Positions 18,101 to 30,100 of a DNA stretch of 64,000 nucleotides are shown here, piece by piece. This DNA is from Gemmatimonas sp. (lineage in GTDB: Bacteria > Gemmatimonadota > Gemmatimonadetes > Gemmatimonadales > Gemmatimonadaceae). The translations under genes were made by a program, and so were the position numbers. The notes under the pieces were generated by a model. The model was not told the origin of the DNA, ran no database searches, and worked only from the letters and a program-made list of their open reading frames with translations. The DNA is taken from the NCBI GenBank assembly GCA_031414535.1, contig JANNVQ010000005.1, positions 32,001 to 96,000 of the forward strand. The letters run 5' to 3'. How positions within the stretch are numbered: the first letter of the stretch is position 1; every line of letters begins with the position of its first letter.

Positions 18101-21100
18101 CCGTGACCATTGGCGCCTTTGTTCCCGGCCTCACGCCGGCCACCGTGCAGTTCACGGCCACGGGCTTGCCCGCGGCAGCGGCCAGCTTTGTCGTCGTCTC
18201 GGGTGATGCACAGACAGCGCCTGCGGGCGGCGTGGCTGTACTGCCAGTGGTCGTCCGCGTGATTGACGCCTACGGCAACAATAGGCCGGGTGTCGCGGTG
18301 ACGTTCAGCAGCTCGGGCGATCTCAGCTTCAGTACGCCGAATGTCGTCAGCGATACGAACGGCCTCGCATCAACCAACGTGATTGCGGGCGGTACGCTCG
18401 GGCTGCAGACCTTCTATGCGCAGACCGCGGGTGTGACAGACCGCGCCTTGACCGTGACGATCGTGCCCGGCGCCCCGGCGGCGATCGTGATTGTCGCTGC
18501 GCCGTCCAACACGGTGGCCGGCGTCGCACTCGGCACGTTGAACGCCGAAGTGCGCGACGCCCTCGGCAATCTCGTGACGGCGTTCACGGATTCGCTTGAT
18601 GTGGTGATTGAGTCTGGACCGGGTGGGGCCACACTGAGCGGCGACCTCCGCGTCGCAGCTGTCGGCGGCGTGGCGACGTTTACGACGCTCTCGCTGGAGA
18701 GCATCGGCGACTACAGCCTGCGCGTCGAACGGGCCGGCTTGAGTTCCGATACCACCGCGACTCTTACCGTGACGGCTGCTGCGGCTGACTCCATGAGCTA
18801 TGTCTCAGGAACGGCGCAGTCCATGCTGCCCGAAGCCGAGGCGGCGGACAGTCTCGTGGTGCGAGTGCTCGACGCGTTCGGTAATCCGGTGGCCGGCGAG
18901 TCCGTGACGTGGGCCGTGAGCCTCGGTACCGCATCCTTGTCGGGAGTCGTCGTCCCAACTGATGTGGACGGCTACTCGCGCGTATCGCTCACGGCAACGC
19001 AGACAGCGGGCGCCGGCGAAGTCACCGCTGCAGTTGCGGGCCTGACTGGCTCACCTGTGAGCTTCTCGTTCACCACGACGGCCGCGAGCGCCGCGCGCCT
19101 CGCCTTCACGGTGAATCCGTCCACCGATAGCGCCGGTGGCTCGCAGGCTTTCCAGCTGCGCGCCCTCGATACCTTCGGCAACCTGGCCACGTCGTTCGTC
19201 GGCACGGTCACCGTGAGCGTAGACTCTGGTCCGGCGAGCCCCGCGCTCACGGGCACCTTGGTTGATGGTGCGGTGGGTGGCGTGGCGGACTTCACCGACT
19301 TCGGCAGCCTCACGGCCGGTGTGTATCGCCTGCGGGCGAGCGCGGCCGGTGTCGCTGACACGGTGAGCGCCAACTTCAGCATCTTGCCCGCGTCGCCGTC
19401 GGCAATCGCAGTTGATGCAGGTGATGCACAGTCGGCAGCAGTGGGTTCTGCGCTCGCGACCCCGTTGCGCGTGCGGCTCGCGGATATGTACGACAACCCT
19501 ATCGCCGCTGCGACGATTGATTGGTCAGTCCTCTCCGGTGATGTGACGCTCGGCGGCCTCACGTCGGTGACCGACGCCGCGGGCCTCGCGACCAACACAG
19601 TGCTCTTGGGCGGCACGCCTGGCAGCTTCAGCATCCGCGCAGTGAGCGCGGCCGCCAATGACACGGCTGTATTCATGGGTACGAGCACGGCCGGTGCAGC
19701 CAGCACGCTCGTACTGACTGCGGAGCCGGTCCTTATGACGGCGGGCGATGCTTCTGCCACGTTCACGATCGAAGCCCAGGACGCGCTCGGCAATCTGGCG
19801 ACGAGCTTCGTTGGCCCGGTGACGGTGGATATCCTGAGTGGCCCGACCGGCAGCTTCGCGGCTGGCACGCTCAATCCGTCGGCGACGCTGGGGGCCGTGA
19901 GCTTCACTGATTTGGTCCTCAACACGAGTGGCAATTACGTACTGCGCTTCTCTACGGCATTCGATACCGTGACCACCGACCCTCTCACGGTGGTGGGGGC
20001 GGCAGCAGAAGCGCTCAGCGTCAGCATCGAGCCGAGCGGCGCCGTTGCCGGGGTCACACTTGCAGCGGTGCAGGTCGTCGCGCGTGACGCGTTCGGGAAC
20101 GACGCGACATCTGCGGGCAATGAGGTCACGGTATCCGTGCTGACCGGCCCGGCGGGCAATCCGCTGACAGGCACGCTGCAGCGCTCGCTCAGCACCGGTG
20201 TGGTTGAGTTCACCGACCTCGGCCTCACCACCGCGGGCGAGTATACGCTGCTGTTCTCCTCGGCGGGCCTCGCGAGCGATACCAGCGCAGCGTTCACGAT
20301 CACGGCCGCGGCGGCCAGCGAACTGGCGGAAGTCTCCGGCAGCAATCAGACGGTTGCAGTGAACGCGACGACCCCAGATTCACTCGTGGTCCGCGTGCAG
20401 GACGAGTACGGCAATGGTGTTGCCGGGCAGACGGTCAACTGGGGGGTGACCGGCGAGGCGTCCCTGTCCGCTGCGACCTCTGTGACTGATGCCAACGGCG
20501 AGGCGTTCGTGTTCGCGTCGATGGGCAACAGCACTGGGGCCGACATCATCGAGGCGAGCGTGTTCGGTCTCACCAACTCGCCAGTGTCGTTCTCGGTGAC
20601 GGTTGTGGCGGGTGCGCCGGTGCGACTGATCATTCAGGGCACGCTGTCCAGCGCGACCGCGGGAGTTATTGGCCCAGTCACTGTCAACGCTGTTGATTCG
20701 GAGGGCAACATTGCCCTGCCGTTCACGGGCGAAGTGCGGGCGCGCATCGTCACTGGCCCCGTCGGCGCTCCCATCTTCGGCGATAGCGTGCTCAACGCCA
20801 CGGCTGGGACGGTGACCTTCTCGGCGCTGCAGGCCTTGATTGCCGGCCCGTACACCTTGGAGTTTGTGTCGGCTGGCCTCTTCCCCGACACCAGCAACGC
20901 GTTCAACATCACGCCGGATATCGCGACCAACCTGAATCTCATCTCGGGTAACACGCAGACGGATACGGTATACAGCACGTCGGACACGCTAATCGTGCGC
21001 GTGACCGACCAGTACGGCAACGGGATTGATGGTGCAGCTGTAAGCTGGAACCTCGCCATCGGTGGCGGAGTGCTCACGCTCCAGCAGACCGAAGCGGACG

Positions 21101-24100
21101 TGGACGGCTACGCGCGTGCGCTTGTCACCCACGGCGGTACGCCCGACGTCATAACTGTCGAAGCCAGTTCCGGAACGCTGATTGGCTCGCCGGTGAGCTT
21201 CACGCTCACCGCTACACCAGCTCCTGCGACATCACTCCGGGTTGTCAGCTCGCCGGCGACTGTCGTTTCTGGTGCGACCGGCGAGGTCATCGCGGTCGAG
21301 GCCGTTGACGCGTACCTCAATCGGGATACGACGTTTGTGGGTCTCGTGACTTTGAGCGCGTCGGATACACCGCCTGGCTCCACCCTTGGTGGGACCCTGA
21401 CGGCGACCGCGGTGAACGGACTCGCGACATTCAACGCGTTCTCGTTGGACTTGATTGGCGACTACACGCTCGATGTGCAGAGCGCGACGGTGACTGCGAC
21501 GTTCGTCAACATCACGGTCTTGGCTGGTGCGCCAGCGAATCTGAGCGTCATCTCCGGTGACACCCAGACTGGGTTCACCACCTTGGCGCTGGTTGATCCG
21601 CTGTTGGTGTCCGTCACCGATGCTGCAGGCAATGCAGTCGCAGGCGACACCGTGGTGTTCACCGTGCTCACGGGCGGTGGCAGCGTTTCGACGGACTCGG
21701 CAATCACCAATGGGGATGGACAAGCCAGCACGAACTGGACGCTCGGAAGTCTCGTGGGTGTGCAGTCGGTACAGGCATCAGCGGTTGGGACTACGCCAGT
21801 AACCTTTGCAGCGACGGCGGGGCTGCCGTCCTTCGAATGGACGGGCAACGCTACGGACGGCGTTTGGTCCAATCCCGGCAACTGGATTGATGGTGTGGTG
21901 CCCGGTGCGACCAGCGTCGTGCTCATCCCCGAGACTATTGATCATCCCACCAGCATTGCAGCAGGTCAGTATGCTGAGCTGACGGTCATTGAGACGTCGG
22001 CAATCTCCTTGGATGGCGTTGTCACCGTCACGGGTTCCGTGACCGCACCGCTGGGCCTTGAGCAAGGACTGACCTGTGGCACCGGTGACTCCCTCATCGT
22101 GTCGCCGGCAGGGGCGGCGAACCTCGGTGGCGGCCTTGCCTGCCCAATCGTGATCACGAGCGGTACGGTCACGCTATCCGAATTGAGCGAGTTCAACTCC
22201 CTCACGATCTCGGGTGGCGACTTCAGTGTGGGAGAGAACGAGGTGACGATTGGCGGAAGCCTCGTCACGTCAGGAACTGGCACGGTGCACATGACCGACG
22301 CGCTGGGCCTCCTGCGCGTGGACGGCTCGGCGACTTGGGGCGGCGGCAATCTGACGGGCATGCTCACGGCCGGTCGGTTCGAGGCGCGCAGCGGCTTCAG
22401 TGTGACTGCCGACAACGGATTTGCGGCCAGCGGCAGCCACCGCACCGTGCTCGGCGGCAACTTCCTTCTCGACTTCTATACCTTCGCGCTACCGGCCTCG
22501 CTGGGCCACAGGTTCGGCATCCTTGAGTTGGCCCCGCAGAGCCTGCAGCATGCAGTTGGCACGGCCAACCGCATTGATGCGGATTCGCTCCTCATGCCGA
22601 GCGGCGGCACCTTGGTGATGACGACCGCTAGCGACACGGTGCGCGTCAGCGGCTCTGTGCGCACGTCGAACAGCGCCAGCATCGACGCCTCGTTGCTCGA
22701 GGTGGGCGGCAGTTACAGCTATCCGGGTATCGCGGTGATTGATACCGTGGTGTTCACGGGCATTGGCCAGCGTCTCCCGTTCTCGTCTGAAACGGGCGTC
22801 GTGCACAGCTTCCAGGACGTGTTCATTGAAGGAACGGTGCAGACGCTTGCCACTGCAGGCGATTCGCTGGTGGTCCCCAACGTCCTCAACGTCCGCGGCA
22901 CGGGTAGCTTGCGCTTCGGGCAGGACGGCGGCGTGCAGACCAGAGCGCGTATCGGCGTCCTGCGGACGGTCCAAGATGGCGTGGTTGGCATGCAGAACGC
23001 TGGCGACTCCGTGTACGTCTCGATGGAGGCCAACTTTGCCGGCGGCAGCACCGCGGGCCTGCTGACCAACGGCACGCTGATCGTCGGCGGCACCCTCTCG
23101 CAGCTCGCCATCGCCTCCACGGAATCCTTCTCGGCCAGCGCGGATCACCTGACCATCGTCCGGCCTGCGTCATTCGCTGAACTGTACTTCATGAACCCGG
23201 GCACAGGCGCCGGCACCTCTGGTATCGCGTCCTTGCGGATCGAAGAGGACAACCTGGCGATTGACACCGTGTTCTTCAGATCTGATGTGCACGTGCGCGG
23301 CATGCTCTTGGATGCGCCGACCGACACCATGGTCCTCGCATCCAACAACGCGACCCAGCGCACGCTCGAGAGCTGGGGCGCCGACGTTGGCGGCCTGCGC
23401 TTCTCACGTGTGAACTGGCGCATCACAGGTCAGGCCGCATTCACCGGCGCGGACGACCTGCTCTTCACGGATCAGGATTCCACCGTCACGCAGTTCGAAC
23501 TGCGCGGGGCCGACGCCACAGTCAGCATGAGCAACGTCACCTTCTTCGTGCCGCCTTCAACGGGCAGGTATCTGAGGCTTGAGGACACGAACGGTGGCGC
23601 TCCGTTCACGCTGAACACCAGCAACTGGTCGCCAGGCTTCCACAACAGCGCGATCAGCTTGGTTGGCGGCGCGCTGCTCACTGGCTGGGCCGAGTTCCCG
23701 GCGTTCACGTGGGTGGGTGGCACGAGCACGGACTTCGGCACGGCTAGCAATTGGCTGGCCAACCGCATTCCAGGCGCCGGCGACTCCATTGTCGTCACGC
23801 CGGGTGCCAGCAACACGCTCACCATCACCGGGGAGCGCTCGCTTGGCTCACTGTACTTGGCCAGCGGCGCGGCGCTCATCGTGCAGGACACGCTGATCGT
23901 GGCCGGTAGCTTCAACACCGAAGCGGGATCGCTGAGCTGCGTGTTTGGCGGCAATGCCATCCGCATCCAGAACGCCTCGGGTACGCCGCGCGACCTCTCC
24001 TTGGCCGGCACGGACTGTAACGTCTTCATCGAAGAGGGCACGTACGACCTACAGGGTGCAAGTGCCAGCGCGCGCAACCTCACCGTGAACGGCACTGGTT

Positions 24101-27100
24101 ACCTGAACCTGAACAACCGGCGCCTCGAGACTGCGGACAACTTCGGAACCCTGAACACGGGCCGCATCGAGATGAACGAGGCGGGTGACTCGCTGATCGT
24201 CGGCGGTCAGGCGTTCTTCCAAGGCGGTAGCACGACCGGGCTCATCACGGATGGCTTCATCTACGTGAGGAACACGTTCGCGCAAGGCGGTCTGACGGCC
24301 TCTGCATTCCGCGCGTCGGGCACCAATAGAGCGGTCATCGGCGACACGCTGACGGCCTTCGCGGATAGCGTTGACTTCAGCTTCAGCAGACCCGACAGCT
24401 CGTGGTTCAACAACGTACGCGTGTTCAATGGTCCCTGGACCATTGATAACGCCGTGCGTGCGCGCGTCCTCACGACCGTCGGCGGCGCCACGCTGACCGG
24501 CGGCGGCATCCAGACGGACTCGATTCTCACCTTCTCATCTGGCTCAACGGTCGCACTCCGGCGCATCACCACGCTCGGCAGCTTCTTCCCGAGCAACAGC
24601 TTTGCGGTTGATACCATGAACTTCATGGGATCATTGATTGGCCCTGAGCAGGTGATTCCAGCGCTGGCAAGCGGGAGCACCTATAGGACCGTCAACGTCT
24701 ACAATAACGCACGCATTCAAAGCGCCGCGCCTCAAGTCTTCAGAGTCGCGCAGCGCCTTGAAGTGTTCAACGGCCAGTTGAACGTGCAGCCGCAAACTGA
24801 AGGTGGCGGCCCCGTTTCGATCGCGGCGGACACGGCGGATCTCATCATCGGTGGCAGTGGCCGCCTCGCGATGAGGACCACTGGTACCGTCTCAGTGGAT
24901 AGCGCGCACTTTGGCGGATTGTCCACGAGCGGCTACATGACGGACGGTCGCTTGCAGATTCGCGGCGCCCTCGTGCAGCGCAGTGACGTAAGCGGTGAAT
25001 CCTTCCGCCCTGACAGCGCCCACATCACGGTGTTCCGCGACAGCGTGTTGGTGGACATTCAGGACACGGTCAACAGCAAGCCCGCGTATGTGGAATTCGG
25101 CGATAGCCTCGTGATGACGCTCAAGTCCAACCTTGAGATCTACGGCACCCTGACGCGCCAAGCGGGCATCAGCGACAGCGTGGTCATCAAGTCTGACGTT
25201 CTGACGGGCGCCCCACGCCGCCTCTTGGTCACCGGCGCCACTATGCTCGACCAGAGCGGCACCGAGCGCACCGTGTTCCGTAACGTGGCCTTGGCAATAA
25301 TCCAAAACTCTGCGGTGACTCCGACGTCCGCGGAACTGAACAACGTCACGTTCACGAATATGGATCCGGAGGCGACGCAGCTGGATCTCACGCAGTATCT
25401 CGGCTACACCTCGAGCTTCAGCCGGATTGATTTCGCTACGCCGGTGACAACGGGCAAGTACTTCGATCTTGCAGGCACGAGTACGGTGAGCTTCTCCACT
25501 ACGACTCCGTCGGTGGGTTGCATCAACGCGCCTGAGGGCTGTTTTGGTCCGCGGTCGGAGCCGAGTGCGGGGGTCGAGAACGTGTTCATCGGCGACAACG
25601 GTGACGACTGGGGGAATTTCGCCTTCTGGTCCTTGGGTCGCGTCCCCACGTCCTATGACAACGTGACCCTCGTTGGCGGTTCCATCCCGTTCCTCCCCAA
25701 TAGCGGAATTACCAGGTACGTGAACAACCTCACGATCGATCCGAGCGTGAGTTTCTTCATGGACGCTGCGGAGCTGGTGCTGCGCGGCAATCTCTCGGTG
25801 GGAGCGGGTGCTGGCATCTTCGGAGTGTCGGGCAGCATAGTCCGCATGCAGCCCAATCCGGGGAGACCCGTCACACTCGGCGGCGGCGGAAACATTGACG
25901 ATGTGGCGCTGTTTATCTCGGCTCCCGAGAGCGGGACTGACAGTACGGTCACTCTCGTTGGCGGTGGCCTTGATGTGAGTGGTACCGTGACCGTCGAAGG
26001 CGGCCGCTTCGACATCGGCGGCCAGACGCTTCAGGTGGGCAGCCTCGCCACCACGGGCACCGGCCGCTTCTCGATGCTCACGGCCACCGACTCGGTGTAC
26101 GTGATCGGCAATGCCAGCTTTGCTGGCGCCTCAACCGACGGCCTGCTCACCAACGGCAAACTGGTGGTCGGTGGCGATATCAGCCAGACCACTTCGGCCA
26201 CGGCGTTCGCAGCATCGAGTAGCCACCAGACCTACCTGTTGAGCGGCGGCACCGCGCTGAACTTTGCTAACCCCGGCACGAGCGCCTCGCATTTCGGAAA
26301 CCTGATAATGCTGTCGGCAGATTCGCTCGGGCTGCTCTCCGACGTCTTTGTGAATGGAGTTGTTGATGCAACCACGGGCAACCTCCCCGTAGCCGCCGGA
26401 GCAACGAATCGCTTGCTGCAAGCCAGCGGCATCTCGACCTCCGGAGCCTTCCTCTTTAGCAACGTTCGTTTGCGTCTTGTGGACGGTGCGGCGTTCAGCT
26501 TCTTGAACGCCATGTACTTCTATACGATGGATCCCACGGTTGACTACCTGACAATTGATCGCAGCGGAGGCGCCGTCTCGCTGCCCCAGATGTCGTTTAG
26601 CACCATACCGACCACAGGCAAGTACGTGGTCGTTATTGACACGGTGAGCAATGCGGATGACCTCGTCGTGACGATAAACGACGTGCTCTCCGGGGGTCAC
26701 GGCGGGTACATCGACTCCGTTGGCGTGGCGCGCATCGTCGGCTGGGACCAGCTGGCATCGTACACATTCACTGGCTCAGCGAGCAACGACCTCGGCGACC
26801 CCGCCAACTGGGACGCCGGCATCCTGCCCAGCGCGACGTCCAACGTGACGATTGCAAACGTGTTTCCGGCGGATCCCGTCACCCTTGGCGGCCTTTCTTA
26901 CCGCTCACTGACGATTGCGAGTGGGGCACAGGTTACCATCAATGCGCCGATCACTGCAACCAGGAGCGTCGCTCTCACTGCAGTACCGGCCTGCACGTCC
27001 AACGGCCGCCTAAACCTCCAAGGTGATGGAGGTACTCGGACCCTCGCCGGCTCGGCACCGACTTGCGCAGTGCAGATGACGAACGGCGCATTCGTTCTTG

Positions 27101-30100
27101 CCGATTCTGCGGAATTCCGCTCGCTCACCATCGGCAACGACGCACAGCTACTGCTCTTTAACGACACACTCGTGGTCACCGACAGCCTCGCGATTGTCGG
27201 CAGCGGCCGCATGCAAATGGACGACTCTCCGACCGAAGTAACCGTGCAGGGCATCGCGCGCTTCACGGGCACGGGATTCAGCAACTTGAACGGCGGCACA
27301 CTGAATGTGTGGAGCGCGTTGGAAGTCGGTGCACAGTTGGCTGCGCCGACCACGAGGCTGGTGCTTGGCAATCCAAACGTGGCCACGACTGTCACTGCGC
27401 GGACCTCAGTGACTCTGGACCAAGGTTTCGACAGCGTGTTCGTGCTCAACGGGACGCTCAACATCCTCGATTCGCTCTTGGCGCGCCGCTACCTCGGCAC
27501 CCTCGGCAGCAACATTACCGTTACTGGCGGCACACTGCGGGTCGGCAGCTATGACGATTTCATTGATGGCACACTTGACCTTGGCGCAACCGGTGACCTC
27601 ACGGTCAATCACCTGGCGCTCTTCGGTACGATTGGCTCGGTGGACGGCTTCAGCGTTGACACGACGAGCTTCCTCGGCCAGCAATCCGGACCGCAGGAGA
27701 TCCCCGCAGCGAACGCTGCGAGTACCGCGCTCAACTATGGTCGGGTGCGTGTGTATGCGGACGCAATCATGAACCAGGTCCCGACTGGCATTCCGTTCGC
27801 CTATACCATCTCCGACGCGCTTGAGGTGCTCGTCGGGCAACTGACGATTGGCGACTCTGTGACGCTCGATACCGTGTACGTGAACATGCCGAGCGCGGAC
27901 CTCGTGGTGTATGGTGCCGGCGCGCGGGTATTGATGACCCATCCGTCCCGTGTGGTCGCGGACAGCGTGCACATCCAAGGCAGCGGGGAGTCGCAGTTCC
28001 TGGATGGACGGGTTGTCACGCGATCGTTTGCGCAGCTTACGTATGACAATCCGCTTGCACTGATGTTGACGTCCTCGGGACCTCACACGGTGGACTTCCT
28101 GCCGAATGGAACCGTCTACTTCCAACAGACGGACCAGGCAAAGCTGGCCAACGTGCGCTTCACTGGAGGAGGGGTCACGACGTTCCCGACTTCGATGTAC
28201 GCCACTTCGATCGGTCGCGTCAACCAGACCGACGGCATCGTCACGCTCAGCGGGGGTCGAATCTTCGCAAACGGCACGAACTTCGACATAACCAACAGCG
28301 GCCTTGTGATGGACAACACGGGACTGTCGTTGCAGTCGGGGCCGTCCGGACCCGTCGGCGGGAGCTTTACGCTGAACAACGTAACGTTCCGGAACTGGAA
28401 TCCCAGTAGAGTGGATGACGCGCTCTGGGTCTACTTCGAGGCCCCATACGCTGCCACCTTCACCAACATCACATTCGACTATCCACAGCCTGCTTCCGGT
28501 TACTACTTCCGGAACTTCGTGACGAGCCAGGGAACGGTCACCTTTGTGAACGCCTCGCCGAGCTTGGATTGCTTGGCGGGCACTTGCAACCCTAGCGACA
28601 TCGCACCCTCTGGTGCGCCGGCTGGTCTTACCACGTGGGATGGGTCGGAGAGCAATATCTGGACCGACGCTGGTAACTGGAGCAATGGGGTACCGAACGC
28701 CGGCACCAATGCCGTGATCCCGACTGGCGTGTCGCCGGTTCCAACTCTCTTCAGCAGCGCGCAGGTTAGGAGCCTTTCAGTCGAGACCGGGGCGACTCTG
28801 CAGGTTGACGCAGGCGATACGCTGCACGTGTTCGGCGACCTCGACGTGGATGGCACGGTCTCTGGTGCGGCCTACTCGTCGGTGCTTCGGATGCGGACGG
28901 GCAGCGCCGGCGCCACGCTCGCGGCGACGGGATCAATTCGCCTCCCGCTCTTCATTTCCGCGGCCACTGGCTCGGACACGGGAACGGTCTCCTTGCTTGA
29001 CGTCGTGAATGTTGACACGTTGCCGACATTTGGCGCCTTCAACGGCGGCGTCCGCGTCCTCGGCGGTACGCTCCATATGAACGGGCAGGACCTAGTGACG
29101 AATGGATCGTTCCGTACGCTCGGAACGGGCCGCCTGCGCATGGATATGGCTACGGATAGTCTACACGTCGGATCCTGGGTGATTTTTGACGGTGCGTCTA
29201 CCGACGGTATGATCACAGATGGCGTAATCGTGGCACTCGATGACTTCCTCCAGGACGCGACAAACAGCCCGTACTCGTTTGTCGCTACTGGTAACAACCG
29301 CGTTGTGCTGTACGGCAGCAAGGACGGCGACGTGGAGTTCCAGAGCGGCGGACCGAGCGGCTCACGTTTCGCGCACTTGGTCTTTGACAAGCTGTCTGGC
29401 CCGGGCCTTTTCTTCTTCAACAATTCTGGAAACGCGACGCCTACCTACGCGAGCACGTTCCACTACGAGTCGGGTGACGTCTGGCTGGATCAAGGCTCGT
29501 TGATTGTGAGCAGTACCGTCACATCGGCAAACCCGTCCAATACTTGGACGCTCGCAGATGAGACCAGTTTGGTGGACTTGCAGGGCGTGAATCAGACCAC
29601 CTGCGATGGCCTCTCATTCACCGTCGAGAACCTCCCACAGTTGTTCCAGCCGAATAGCTGCTATTCGTTGCCGGCGAGCAGTACTTGGAACGGGTTGTCG
29701 AGCACCAATTGGGATGACGCGGGCAATTGGTCAGACGGAGTACCGAGCGCCGTGACCGGCGCAGTGATTCCTGCTGCGCCCGCCAATCAACCGACCGTCA
29801 GGTTCAGCACGCTGGTGGGGCCGTTGACGGTTGAGGCTGGTGCGACCTTGACCCTTAACTCCTTCCGTACACTGGACATCTTCGGCTCGCTGGATGTGGC
29901 TGGAACGGTCAACGCAGGCAACACCGACTCGAAGTTGAGAATCCGTTCCTCATCAGCAGAAACAAGAACGCTCGCGGCACCAGGCTCCATCGCCACGCGC
30001 TTGGAAATCGACGTCGGTCTGAGCGGGGACGAAGGCACGGTGCAGTTGGCCGGTCCCGTGAACTTGACGGCAACGAACTTCCAGTCAGGGCTCTACTTGA

